From Lama guanicoe (Eukaryota): a DNA stretch of 64,000 bases. The translations under genes were made by a program, and so were the position numbers. Below are positions 1 to 13,049 of this stretch, piece by piece. Position 1 is the first letter of the stretch. Every line of letters starts with the position of its first letter. The DNA is taken from positions 434,001-498,000 of the forward strand of contig MU054032.1 in the NCBI GenBank assembly GCA_013239625.1, read 5' to 3'. The notes beneath the pieces are model-generated. The model worked only from the letters and a program-made list of their open reading frames with translations, searched no databases and was not told the DNA's origin.

Positions 1-15
1 ACACGGGGAATGTCC

Positions 16-2968
<2,953 letters not shown>

Positions 2969-3009
2969 CTTGACTGCTCAGCTCTGCGGGACCTTTTCCT
3001 GCAGTAATG

Positions 3010-3145
3010 GCTCCGGTTCCTGGCCCAACCCTAGTCTTAGTACGTCTCAATGACGTCATCCCCAGCGGACCCAGCCAATAGGAATCTTGGCCCTGGCTTA
3101 TGCAGATAATATTCCTACATTAGTAATGAGGTGGGCGGGGCCCGC
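3010..3145 (-). promoter_or_regulatory. MYL6 proximal promoter (CRE, CCAAT, GC box)
   Basis: TGACGTCA at 3051-3058, CCAAT at 3075-3079, GGGCGGGG at 3133-3140. CpG-rich and just upstream of MYL6 exon 1. Confidence 0.7.
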
Positions 3146-3348
3146 TGTTCTTCAATTCTCCAGAAGAGCCCTACCTGGGGCACAGAATCCTCAGAAGAGG
3201 GTGGAGTAGGGCGTAAGGAATCTGCTCCTCCGAGCAGCAGGGAGATCCCAGGATGTTGGACTGGGGAGAAGAGAGCCCTCCCTTCCCTTCCCTTCCCTCC
3301 CCCACCTCTGAAGAAAGCAAGAGTCGGAGGCCAGGGAGGAACCATCTC

Positions 3349-3354
3349 TTTATT
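3349..3354 (-). terminator. MYL6B polyadenylation signal AATAAA
   Basis: tttatt on the + strand, within non-coding exon 7, whose acceptor is at 3437. Confidence 0.8.
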
Positions 3355-3583
3355 TTGAAACAAAAGGTGGCCTCCTAGTGGCAGGAACGTGCTTTCGCCT
3401 TTGGGGGCCGGGGCGGGCAGTGCTCGACCCACTGCACCTGTGGAAAAAGAGGAACTTTGCCAAACCCTGGCGTTTGCGCGCAGCAGGACGTGAAAACGTA
3501 CTTCTGGGCTTTTCTACCCTGGCGGAAGAAAAGGAAGGAGGCTTGCCTTTCAAGGCGGAATGGGATGGCCCTACCTGTAATGC

Positions 3584-6083
3584 TCAGACGCTTAGGATGT
3601 GCTTCAGGAAGGCTGCAGAGACAGGAGGCAAGATGGCCTGATGATAATCCATCTGATTTTAGATAACCAGGCCCCAGGGTGTCCCCACCCACACACGCGA
3701 GCCTCCTGCCTCCCTTCCTCTCTTGTCTCGTCTGCTCCTCTGGTCTCTCACCTTCATAGTTGATGCAGCCATTGATGTCCTCATGTCCTGCCAGGACTGT
3801 CTCCACCTCCTCTTCAGTCATCCTCTCTCCTGAGCCCCAGACACAGCGTTTTAGCCCCAGCTTTCCCTCTTTCACCAACCCAGGCCTCAGTCTTCTGGGT
3901 GGTATCTCCTTTTTTCCCACCCTGGAGACTTGCCCATAGCAACAGTCCCCCAAGAGAATCCTCTCCTTGTAATGGTCATGCCTTCAATGTGTCCCTGAAT
4001 CTTCCTTTCCATTTCACCTCAATTACATCTGGTGAAAACTTTGACAGGCAAGAAAACTGACCTCCAGAGGGTTAAGAGACATACCATATCATAGAGTATA
4101 ACCATCTATTCCCAAACAGAAATTCAGGTCTCCCACCTCATCCCGTTTCCTCTGCCCTCTGGGGAGGCATCTGCATCCCCCTCACTTTAGCCTCTACAGG
4201 AGGAAGACCTTCAGATTTGGTCCCCAAAGTTCTGACCTTCTCAGTCTCCTGCCCATGACCTACAGGACAATAATCACTCCCTGACTCTGCCTACTTGGCT
4301 AACCTTTTTTTGGTTCACCTCCTCCTCTCCACCCCAGAATTTGGTCCCTGCCTCACCCAGGGTGGTGAGGACATGTCTGAGCTCTGCTCCCATGACTTTG
4401 CCGTTCCCCTCTTTGTCAAACACCCGAAGCCCTTCCAGGTAGTCCTGGTATGAGCCTTTATCCCGGTTCTTGGCCACCGCCTGGAGCATCGGCAGGAAAG
4501 TCTCAAAGTCCACACGCCGGGACTTCAGCTCTGGAGATTAAAGAGGTAAGGGAGAGGTCACCGTGGTATCACCTAGAACTCAGCTCTCATCCCCACCACG
4601 AACGGTTTTATCCGTTCAACATTCAGGATGTACTTCTGCCCCTGGGTTTGACAGTTGTTGAAGTCCTGGGACCCACTTCAACATCCTTTGTTACCTTACC
4701 AACATTCCTCAGTTCTACCACCAAACTGAAAACCTGCATTGTTCCAGGGGGTCCATTACCATCACTCTTGGGGTTCCCCATGACCCTGAGCACCTCGGCG
4801 TTGGTGGGATTATGGCCCAGGGCCCTCATCACGTCCCCACACTGGCTGAACTGGATCTTTCCATCTCCCACTCGGTCATACAGCTCGAAGGCTTCCTTGA
4901 ACTCTGAAGTATAAGGAAGGGTCAGTGTTGACAAGGGGTTCCCATTAGCATCAGAAGAAAGGAGATTCAGAAACTGTGTGCTTGAGCTGGGTAGAGCAGG
5001 GAACACAAAGAACACTAGTGTGGGAGGTTTCAAGGTCAGGACCAGAGTTAGGGGAAGAGAAAGAGGATCTGACCAGGGGCTTGGGACTGGATAGTGGGCT
5101 CAGGGGACCAGCTTCTCCTCACCCTCCAGCTGGTCCTTGTTAAACTCGATCTGTGGAAGAAAAGAGCAGGTGAGGAGGGATGACAGGGCTCATTCCATCC
5201 CTCCCCAGCACTCCTCCCCACCAACTGGCAGCCACTTCTGGGGAGGGGCCCAAAGGGACCAGGCCAGGAGCCCAGACACCTCAGTCCCATTCCCAGCTCC
5301 AGACCTTGGGAGAATCCCAAGAGGAGGAATTATTGGGGGGAGGGTTTCCTGGGAACAGGGTTAATCCCATGCCACCTGTTCCACTCCCTCTACTGCCCTG
5401 AGCCCTGCATCCCTCACATAACTGGGGGCTGAACAAAGGCTAAATTTACCCCTGGCCCCCAGCTGTGATTGTCTAACAAGTCTGTCCTCTTCAGCCTTCC
5501 CTCCTGGGGTTCAGAGCTGTGGACTTTTGCAGTGAACAGTCAGCCAGGCACAGACACAGCTCCCTCCCTTCACCTTGAAACTGTCCTCAGAACCCAGATG
5601 TTCCCCATCGCACAGTCCCTGCCTCCAGCAAGAGGGTCAGTGAGAATGTGTGTGTGTGTGTGTGTGTGTGTACACACGTGTTATAGGTTAGAGGAAGAGA
5701 GCAACAAAGACAATAGCACAGTCATAAACCTGGATTGTTCCAAATGGAGGACTAAGGGAAAGCCCCAACACCATCCAGTGCTTACTGATTCCCTACCTTC
5801 TGGATGACCCCTAATCTCCTAGACTGTATCCCACCCTTGTACCACCCCCTCCAAACTCTTTTCTCACTTCCCAGAGACTCACCACCACTTTGGAGAGATC
5901 AATGGGGGGCTCCTGGACTTTCGGAGGGGGTTGAGGTACAAGTGGCACTAGTGCTGGCGCTGGCTCTGGTGCTGGCTCAGCCTTGGGCTTGGCTGGAGGG
6001 GCCCCTGCTGCTGGCTTGGCAGGGGGCTTGGAGATTGGGGGCCCCGCTGGTTTCTTCACGGGAACATCCTTCTTGGGAGGCAT
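3584..6083 (-). CDS. MYL6B: Myosin light chain 6B (MLC1sa), 217 aa
   Basis: Coding exons: 5883-6083, 5123-5150, 4760-4903, 4357-4530, 3752-3829, 3584-3612. Exon 6 extends to 3575 and a non-coding exon 7 starts at 3437. Sum 654 nt. Translation [15 protein letters not shown]...[31 protein letters not shown]...AFLKHILSV*. Confidence 0.97.
5647..5671. repeat. (TG)12 microsatellite in MYL6B intron 1
   Basis: Read directly from the sequence. Confidence 0.95.
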
Positions 6084-6124
6084 GATGTCCGGTGGCCAAA
6101 GGACAGTGTGCCGATGGGGGCACC

Positions 6125-6190
6125 CATCTCTGTTTAAATAGCCAGGGAGTCTGGGATGTCAAGGGGCGGGGGCAGGGGCAGGGAGCCAGT
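6125..6190 (-). promoter_or_regulatory. MYL6B proximal promoter: TATA-like box and GC box/G-run
   Basis: TATTTAAA on the minus strand at 6133-6140, about 50 nt upstream of the ATG. GGGGCGGGGGCAGGGGCAGGG at 6163-6183. Confidence 0.6.
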
Positions 6191-7350
6191 TGGCGGTTGG
6201 GAGGGTGAGATAGAGGAAAGATATGCCGGCCTGTCCTCACTCCCCTGGCCTCCTATGGTTCAGGACTCCTGCCCCAAGGTCTTCTCCCTTTGGATCACCC
6301 CGCCCCAAAAGCTGACCAGAACAATGGCCCCTTTGGGGGCAGGGGGAGGAAGCTAGCGACAGCCCAGAATGGAGGAGTTAACCTCCAGAGTGAGGAGAGG
6401 ATGCTTGCCAGTGACAAATACTGACTAGGGGTGAGGCAAAGAAGGAGATCCAGGTATTCCAGGCCCTCAACCCCCTGATTCAGAATAGCCCTTTTTCCTA
6501 GCAGCTTTAGACACTTGAAGGTTGAGGCAAGAATGGGGGTCTTGTGAACTGGGATTGTTAAAGTGGGGTCTGGGAGCAGTGAAAGATGGGGGGGAAAAAA
6601 GCAGTCCTTCCTCTCCACTGACCATGGATGAAGAGAGCAAGGGTAGTTGATCCCACAGCCTAATGATACTCAATGCTTAAAGTCTCTGACCCCCTCCCTC
6701 CCAGCCCAGAACTGGAACTGTGCACAATATAGAGAAAGAATAGTAATAGAAGAGTGTGACACACACCCCGCATTGTCTCCTGTGCCTAGTGTTGTTTTAG
6801 GAGTAGGGATGGGGGCAAGGACCAATTTTAACACCCACCACCCAGACTCTCAAGGAAGAAATTCTTGTCCACAAGCATACGGTCATTCAAGTCAGACAAA
6901 GGTAGGCTGTCTGCTGAACCTGTAGAGACTCCGTGGTGGCACCTGGGGGGAAGGGCAGGCTCTGAGAGGCAAATGACCTAATTTCTAAAATCTGTAATCC
7001 AAAAGGTTGTGGGAGGTCCTCTGGGCTCCATGAGTACTCACCCCCAACCAGAGGGAAAATAAAACCCTGACTCGGTAGCCAGGTTACACACCTTGCTTAG
7101 AGCGCTGGAGAAGGGTCAAAGTCGGGGGCGTGTAGAAGAGGGGAGGGGTTGCTGGCTTTTTTCTTTTGGTGGGGGTAAAGAAGGAGATGATTTAGGTAGC
7201 AATTGGAGGAAGACAGTAGTGATTCCACTTAGGCCCTAGGGTTCAAAGAGTTGATGCTGGATCTCCCACCCCCAAAAAGCGTCTGAATCTCATGACGGCA
7301 AATTGTCTCATTTTAGGAAAATCAGAATAATTCCTCCAGCCGGGTGTACA

Positions 7351-7351
<1 letters not shown>

Positions 7352-7406
<55 letters not shown>
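7352..7406. repeat. (CA)27 microsatellite
   Basis: Read directly from the sequence. Confidence 0.97.
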
Positions 7407-7410
<4 letters not shown>

Positions 7411-7439
7411 GAGCCTTAAATAAAAGAAAGAATCCCTCC

Positions 7440-7850
7440 CCAGCTCCCAAAACTCACCCCGCGGGGTCCAGGTAAGGGGCGGAGGCGGGGCGCAGGGCGG
7501 CCGCGGGCCCTCAAGGGTTAATGCCGGCGGCCACGGAGCATGCTGGGAGTCGTAGTCCTCGCGCGCCCGCGGGCTCACGGGAAATGCCGTCCTCCGGCGC
7601 CAGGCGGACGCCCGCGCAGTGAGTGGCTTCCGGCCCGAGGCGTCGGTTGGTGACTCAGGATGTTTGGGACCCGATTCTTGTCCCGAAACCAAAAGGCAAT
7701 GAGCACTTTACAGTCCCTATCCCTGACCCTAAAACCGTGCGCGGCCCCTCAGGATATCTCCCTTGCTTAGCCCTGAGTTCCCCGTTTAGCGTGGGCGGGG
7801 ATGTTTTCCGGGATTCACCGGTGAGGACGCAGAACCAGGGGAAAGGCTGA
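7440..7850. promoter_or_regulatory. CpG-island promoter with no adjacent coding exon (ZNF143, ETS, GC box, AP-1 motifs)
   Basis: CpG-dense. GGACTACGACTCCCAGCATGC on the minus strand at 7538-7558 (ZNF143/SBS-like). CTTCCGG at 7627-7633, GGCGGGGCG near 7484-7492, TGACTCA at 7651-7657. Confidence 0.7.
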
Positions 7851-8249
7851 AGCTGCAAATGCAGCAGGCCAGGTAGAGGTAGATAGTAGGAGGCAGTTAC
7901 TGCCCCGGCAGAGTTGTTCGGTCTCTTTAGCTTCTCTTGCGGTTTGGTAGAGAGAGAACAGAGGCTATTGAGTTGCTGTGTGACTTGGAACAGTTACTTT
8001 AAAGTTGTTTTTTGAAATGAACTTCAGGTGCATGTTAAGGAATTTATGCCGAGTCACCTGCCCCAGTCTCACCAATTGAAGAGACGCAATTGAAATTCTC
8101 AATTGAAATGCAGCTGAAGCCTCCGTTGAAATTTCTCCATTCTGCGGCCGCGTTTGCGCCAGTCACCCTGTTTGCTGCTGACAGGTCTTGGAATGGACGG
8201 CTGGGTTTTCCTCTGATATATAATTCTTCCAAGGTGTTTGGGGGTTTTT

Positions 8250-8390
8250 TAGATTTTTAAAAATGGAGTTGTAGTTGATGTACAATATTAAATGTTTCAG
8301 GTGTACAACATAGTTTTACAATTTTTAAGGTAATACTCCATTTATAGTTATAAAATATTGGCTGTATTTCCTGTGTTATACATAACCCAG
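8250..8390 (-). mobile_element. L1 3' terminal fragment
   Basis: T-rich tail followed by gtagttgatgtacaatatta...tttcaggtgtacaacatag...tattggctgtatttcctgtgtta, the typical reverse complement of an L1 3' end. Confidence 0.75.
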
Positions 8391-8487
8391 ATGTTTATCA
8401 ACAGTCTCCTCTGTACTGGAAGAGAACCAGCCCGGCCAGGCCCAGCCTCGCTCAGTGGATCCGTAAATGCCCGTAGGCACATAGTGT

Positions 8488-8674
8488 GCTGGAGACGGGG
8501 GCTTGCATGGGCGTTTAGGCGGTGGATCAGAGTGGAAAACCCGCGGGAAGTCAGAAGGGTGAAGGCATAAGTGAACTTTACGCTGGAGACGGGGGCTTGC
8601 GTGGGCATACAGGCAGTGGATCGGTGTAGAAGGGCTGCTGGAGATCAGAGGGGTGAGGCTTAGGTGAACTCTAT
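8488..8674. repeat. Diverged 94-bp tandem duplication (2 units)
   Basis: GCTGGAGACGGGGGCTTGC starts at both 8488 and 8582. Both units continue ...GTGGATC...GGGTGA...GTGAACT. Confidence 0.85.
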
Positions 8675-8814
8675 GGGCAATGCAGTAAGTGATGTTTGCT
8701 GTTTGGGAAAAGCTTCTTGGAAGAGTGGAAATGGGTTGTATGATAGAAACAGCACTGGTGATGAGGATGTTAGCAACCATTCCGGGAAGCCTCCACAGCA
8801 GGTACTGCATGAAC

Positions 8815-9047
8815 CACAGTGTGTGTTAGAGTATGGATTCAGACCAGCCTACTTAAGATTTGAATCTAGGTTTTGCCAGGTACTTGCTGGTAACCTACAG
8901 CAAGTTTAGTTATCTTGCTGTGCCTCAGTTCCTTCATCTATAAAATGAGAATAATAATACCTACCTCTTAGTGCTCTTGGGAGGATTCGATGTGTTGATA
9001 ATTTATAAAACAGAATAGGCCCGGCACAGTAAGTGATATGAGTGTTA
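8815..9047 (+). mobile_element. MIR SINE
   Basis: Contains the MIR core: tgtgcctcagttccttcatctataaaatgagaataataatacctacctc...ggcacagtaagtg. Confidence 0.8.
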
Positions 9048-9635
9048 AATTTCCTTTACTCTTCCTGACACATGAAGTAGTTGGTATTTCCTCATTTTAC
9101 ATCCATAAAGGATCACTAGGCATGAAGAGATGGAGAGCAAGAAAGAATACATTTCTGTTTAAAGTGTTTGGTTATAAGACTCAGGGAGGGCCACATCACA
9201 GATGCCTTTTTATGTCTTTCATCACTTTCACAGACGTTGATTTTGAAGATGTGGTTTATCTGATTTTTTCTCTCTTCCTCTCCTTTAGCTAGAGCCATCT
9301 TTTTGGCAGTTTGCCAAGTAGAAGTGGTTATGGCATCATCTAACTTTCTAGCATTTTTTGTCTGCTTTATAGAGAAGTAGTACAAGGAGAAAAGATGAAG
9401 ACCTTTGGCAGAAATATAGGTTGGAGGACTGTCCTTCATTTTCCTTATTATCTCTGCTTTTTAATCATAAATAATGTTGACTAGGTTGAACATGATCTTA
9501 ACTAGGCATAGGTGATTTATACATCATGTGTGTGGATTTTCTGTGACAAATGCCCGTCTCCTCTCTTCTGCCCCCCCCAGCTTGTGACTTGTATGTTCTT
9601 AAGGATTAAGTATTCTAATATTAGTCAACATAAAA

Positions 9636-10365
9636 TACACTGTTGGTAGGAATGTAGTTTGGTGCAGCTATTTTGGAAAACAGTATGGAGATTCCTCAAA
9701 AAACTAAAAATAGACTTACATTATGATCCAGCAATCCCACTCCTGGGCATATATCCAGAGGGAACTCTAATTCAAAAAGATACATGCACTTTAATGTTCA
9801 TAGCAGCACAATATACAATAGCCAAGGCATGGAAACAACCTAAATGTCCACTGACAGATGGCTGGATAAGGAAGTTGTGTTTGTATACAATGGAATACTA
9901 CTCAGCCATAAAAAGAATAAAATTATTCCATTTGCTGCAACATTGATGGACCTTGAGATTGTCATTCTAAGTGAAGTAAGCCAGAAAGAGAAAGAAAAAT
10001 ACCATATGATATCACTTATATGTGGAATCGAAAAAAAAGACACAAACTTACTTACAAAACAGAAACAGACTCACAGACATAGAAAACAAACTTATGGTTA
10101 CTGGGTCCCAGGAAAGGGCATGGGAAGGGATAAGTTAGGAGTTCGAGACTTGCAGATACTAACTACTATATGTAAGACAGATAAGCAACTTCATACTGTA
10201 TAGCACAGGGAACTATATTCAATAGTTTGTGGTAACCTATAATGAAAAAGAATATGAAAAGGAATGTATGTGTGTATATGTATTACTGAAACATTATGCT
10301 GTACACCAGAAATTGACACAACATTGGAAACTGACTATACTTCAATTTAAAAAAAAGAAAAAATT
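9636..10365 (+). mobile_element. 5'-truncated L1 (ORF2 C-terminus + 3' UTR + A-tail)
   Basis: ORF 9659-9946 ([28 protein letters not shown]...FIAAQYTIAKAWKQPKCP) is the L1 ORF2 C-terminus. Ends in an A-rich tail near 10349-10363. Confidence 0.93.
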
Positions 10366-10385
10366 TTTAATTAGGAAGGGCACAT

Positions 10386-11097
10386 TTTTTATACAGTTTT
10401 TAAGGATTACTTTCCATTTACAGTCATTACAAACTATTGGCTGTATTGCCTGTGTTGTACAGTACGTCCTTGAGCCTGTCTTACACCCAATAGTTTATAC
10501 CTCCCAGTTTCCCACCCCTGCATTGTCCCTCCGCCGTTTTCCCCACTGGTAACCACTAATTTGTTCTCTGTATCTCTGAGCCTGCTTCTTTTTTGTTATA
10601 TTTACTAGTTTGCTGTATTTTTAAGATCTCACATCTAAGAGATATACAACATTTGTCTTTGGCTAATTTCACTTAGCATTATGTCTTCATGCAAATGGCA
10701 AAATGTTATACTTTCTAATGATTGAGTAGTATTCCATTGTGCGTGTGTGTGTGTGTGTATGTATACACAGCACATCTTCTTTATCCATTTGTCTGTTGAT
10801 GGACACTTAGGTTGCTTCCATGTCTTGGGAATTGTAAATAATGCTGCTATGAGTGTCGAGCTGCATGTATTTTTTTGAATTAGTGTTTTTTTCAGATATA
10901 AACCAGGAGTGGTATTGCTGTATCATATATTAGTTCTATTTTTAGTTTTTTGAGAAACCTCCATACTGTTTTCCACAGTGGCTACACCAATTTACATTCC
11001 TACCAACAGTGTACAAGTGTTCCCTTTTCTCCACATCCTTGCCAACATTTATTATTTCTGTTGTTTTTGATGATAGCATTCTGACAGGTGTGAGGTG
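10386..11097 (-). mobile_element. 5'-truncated L1 flanked by a target-site duplication
   Basis: Reverse-oriented L1 3' region (catactgttttccacagtggctacaccaatttacattcctaccaacagtg). TSD AGGAAGGGCACAT at 10373-10385 and 11098-11110. Confidence 0.9.
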
Positions 11098-11151
11098 AGG
11101 AAGGGCACATCTTTAAAAGGAAAAGAAGATATACACTAAAAACCTAATAGA

Positions 11152-11250
11152 GGGGTGGGTATAGTTCAGTGGCAGAGCACATGCTTACCATGCCCCAGGT
11201 CCTGGATTCCATCCCCAGCACCTCCATTAAAAAATGAATCACAACAAAAT
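11152..11250 (+). mobile_element. tRNA-derived SINE (Vic-1-like)
   Basis: Head GGGGTGGGTATAGTTCAGTGGCAGAG with A/B-box-like motifs and an A-rich tail. TSD ACCTAATAGA at 11142-11151 and 11251-11260. Confidence 0.88.
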
Positions 11251-11629
11251 ACCTAATAGAACAATTTTTGAAATTACATGACACTATAGATCTTCAGTAA
11301 CTTGAAAAATTGTGGGTTCACCCTATACAGCTTAACTAGCTCTTTCACCACTAGCTAATGTGTTAAGAATGGATGATAGTTTAGGTGGAGAGAACACAAT
11401 TTCAGCCATTAAATAGAAATGTCTTTGGTCCTCTGGTGTTTTGACCAGAAAGGTGGTACTGGTGGTAACACAGAAGAGGCAGGATAATGAGGATGTTTTA
11501 TGATAAGTAGGGGGTTTATAAAGTTGTTTTCAAATCCCATTTTTGTAGACACATACTAGATGCAAGATATAAACAGGAAAATAGATTTAATGGTAAATAA
11601 TGCTAATTTGATTTTTGTAACATTCTAAA

Positions 11630-11745
11630 ACAGTGGTTCTCAGACTTAGCTGTTCTTCACAATCTTCCTGGAAACTTTCTAAGCAGACAAACTTCCAGAT
11701 TCTGCCCCCAAAGGTTCTGACTCTAGGTTTGCATTGGGGCTTATT
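11630..11745. mobile_element. MER5-like DNA transposon fragment
   Basis: Starts cagtggttctcagactt and includes ...aaggttctgactctaggtt, resembling MER5 (hAT-Charlie). Confidence 0.5.
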
Positions 11746-11814
11746 TTATTTGAAATATTTTTAGCCTACTGGAAAGCACAAGAATAAACTAACAGACATT
11801 GGTAACCACAGCTT

Positions 11815-12120
11815 TAATAAAAGGAGTAATCTTTTTAAACAATGCATTTGATCATGTCATCATCCTACTTAAACCCCTTCCATGTGTTTTGGTAAAAACT
11901 AGATCCTTTCACTGGCCCACTAAAGCCAGCACAGTTTCAAACACTCCTTGCCTGGACCAGCCACACCTGCTATCTTCAAAAGTGTGCTATGTCCTCTTTG
12001 CTCAGGTTGTTCTTTTATGTTTCTGCCCCCTCTCTACCCACCAACACACTTATTTCCAGGGCCAAGGAGAGCACAGTGCCTTGCATATACTGGGCACTCA
12101 AATATCTGTAGGATGAATGG
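11815..12120. mobile_element. L2 LINE 3' remnant
   Basis: tgatcatgtcatcatcctacttaaacccttcc...gagcacagtgccttgcatatactgggcactcaaatatctgtaggatgaatg resembles the L2 terminus. Confidence 0.6.
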
Positions 12121-12312
12121 CTATCTGGGTGAACAGGAAGAATCAAGGATGGACACTGATACTAGTAAGTCAATAGGGAGATAGGCTGGGGATTCAAGAG
12201 ATTGAGAGAGTTCCCATGTATTGAACTCTTTGTTTTGTCCTGAAAGAGAAAGTGAGGTGATTGATTTGCTAAAAGGGGAAGCAGAAGGAGGTGACCTGAG
12301 AAAGTATGAAGG

Positions 12313-12435
12313 TTTTTTGTTTGTTTTGGGCAGGGAGGCAATTAGGTTTGTTTATTTTTAATGGAGGTACTGAGGATTGAACCGAGGACCTCATGCATGC
12401 TAAGCACACACTACCACTGAGCTCTACCTTCCCCC
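12313..12435 (-). mobile_element. tRNA-derived SINE (Vic-1-like)
   Basis: ggaggtactgaggattgaaccgaggacctcatgcatgctaagc...ctaccactgagctctaccttcccc. Confidence 0.88.
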
Positions 12436-13049
12436 TAGTAGTGAATGTTTGAAATAGGTGCTGTGAAAGATGGGTGACAGCTTACTGGGGACCCATCCAC
12501 AAATACTCATTTGACATTTACTGAGTGCCTAGTCTGTACTCCACACATGGACTTTCTGAGCAGCATGGAGGATGGTTGCACTGGGAGGTTGTGTGTTTGT
12601 AATGGCTTCAATCTGCAGGTAGTGATTTCCTTTTTCCAGCAGTACTCAGCTGCTTGGATGATTGAGCTGGAGAAGAGAGGCACCTGGAATGGTAATGGGT
12701 TGCAGTTTTGTGGAACGGGGATAATGGGTGCACTTGGGAGCAAGGAGGTTGAGAGTCTGAGTAAAAGAGGGTTTGTGGTTCAGGCCAAATAGAGAAGGAA
12801 TGAGTATGAAAGTGGCCGATTAGATTGAGAGAATATGGAAAGTCACAAGAGGCTCAAGTCTCAATGAGGTTGAAGAAGTAAGGTGGTTGGAGATCTCAGA
12901 GTTTTAGTTGGAGAAATAGTGCATTTGAGATTAAAATTTCAGAGGATGTAGAGGAAGATAGGAACTAGGACGAATGGCTGTGGGAGTGAATGTTTGAAAG
13001 GGTAGTGAGGTGAAGGTCTTTGGGTTTGAGGAGAGTGTCCCTGAAAGTT

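Noticed and set aside
3375..3953. 192-aa minus-strand ORF
   Set aside because: It is a chance read-through of MYL6B exon 5 with flanking introns. Only 3752-3829 is coding in this frame.
8488..8674. Repeat-spacer-like look of the duplicated 19-mer (possible CRISPR)
   Set aside because: Only two units are present, the intervening sequences are homologous to each other, and the DNA is mammalian with no cas genes.
9659..10203. ORFs of 95 and 119 aa
   Set aside because: These are decayed L1 ORF2/3' UTR sequence, not host genes. The 97-aa ORF at 15000-15293 is likewise antisense L1.
11152..11230. tRNA-like sequences with A/B boxes (also at the other SINE heads)
   Set aside because: They have A-rich tails and TSDs and no complete cloverleaf, so they are SINEs rather than tRNA genes.
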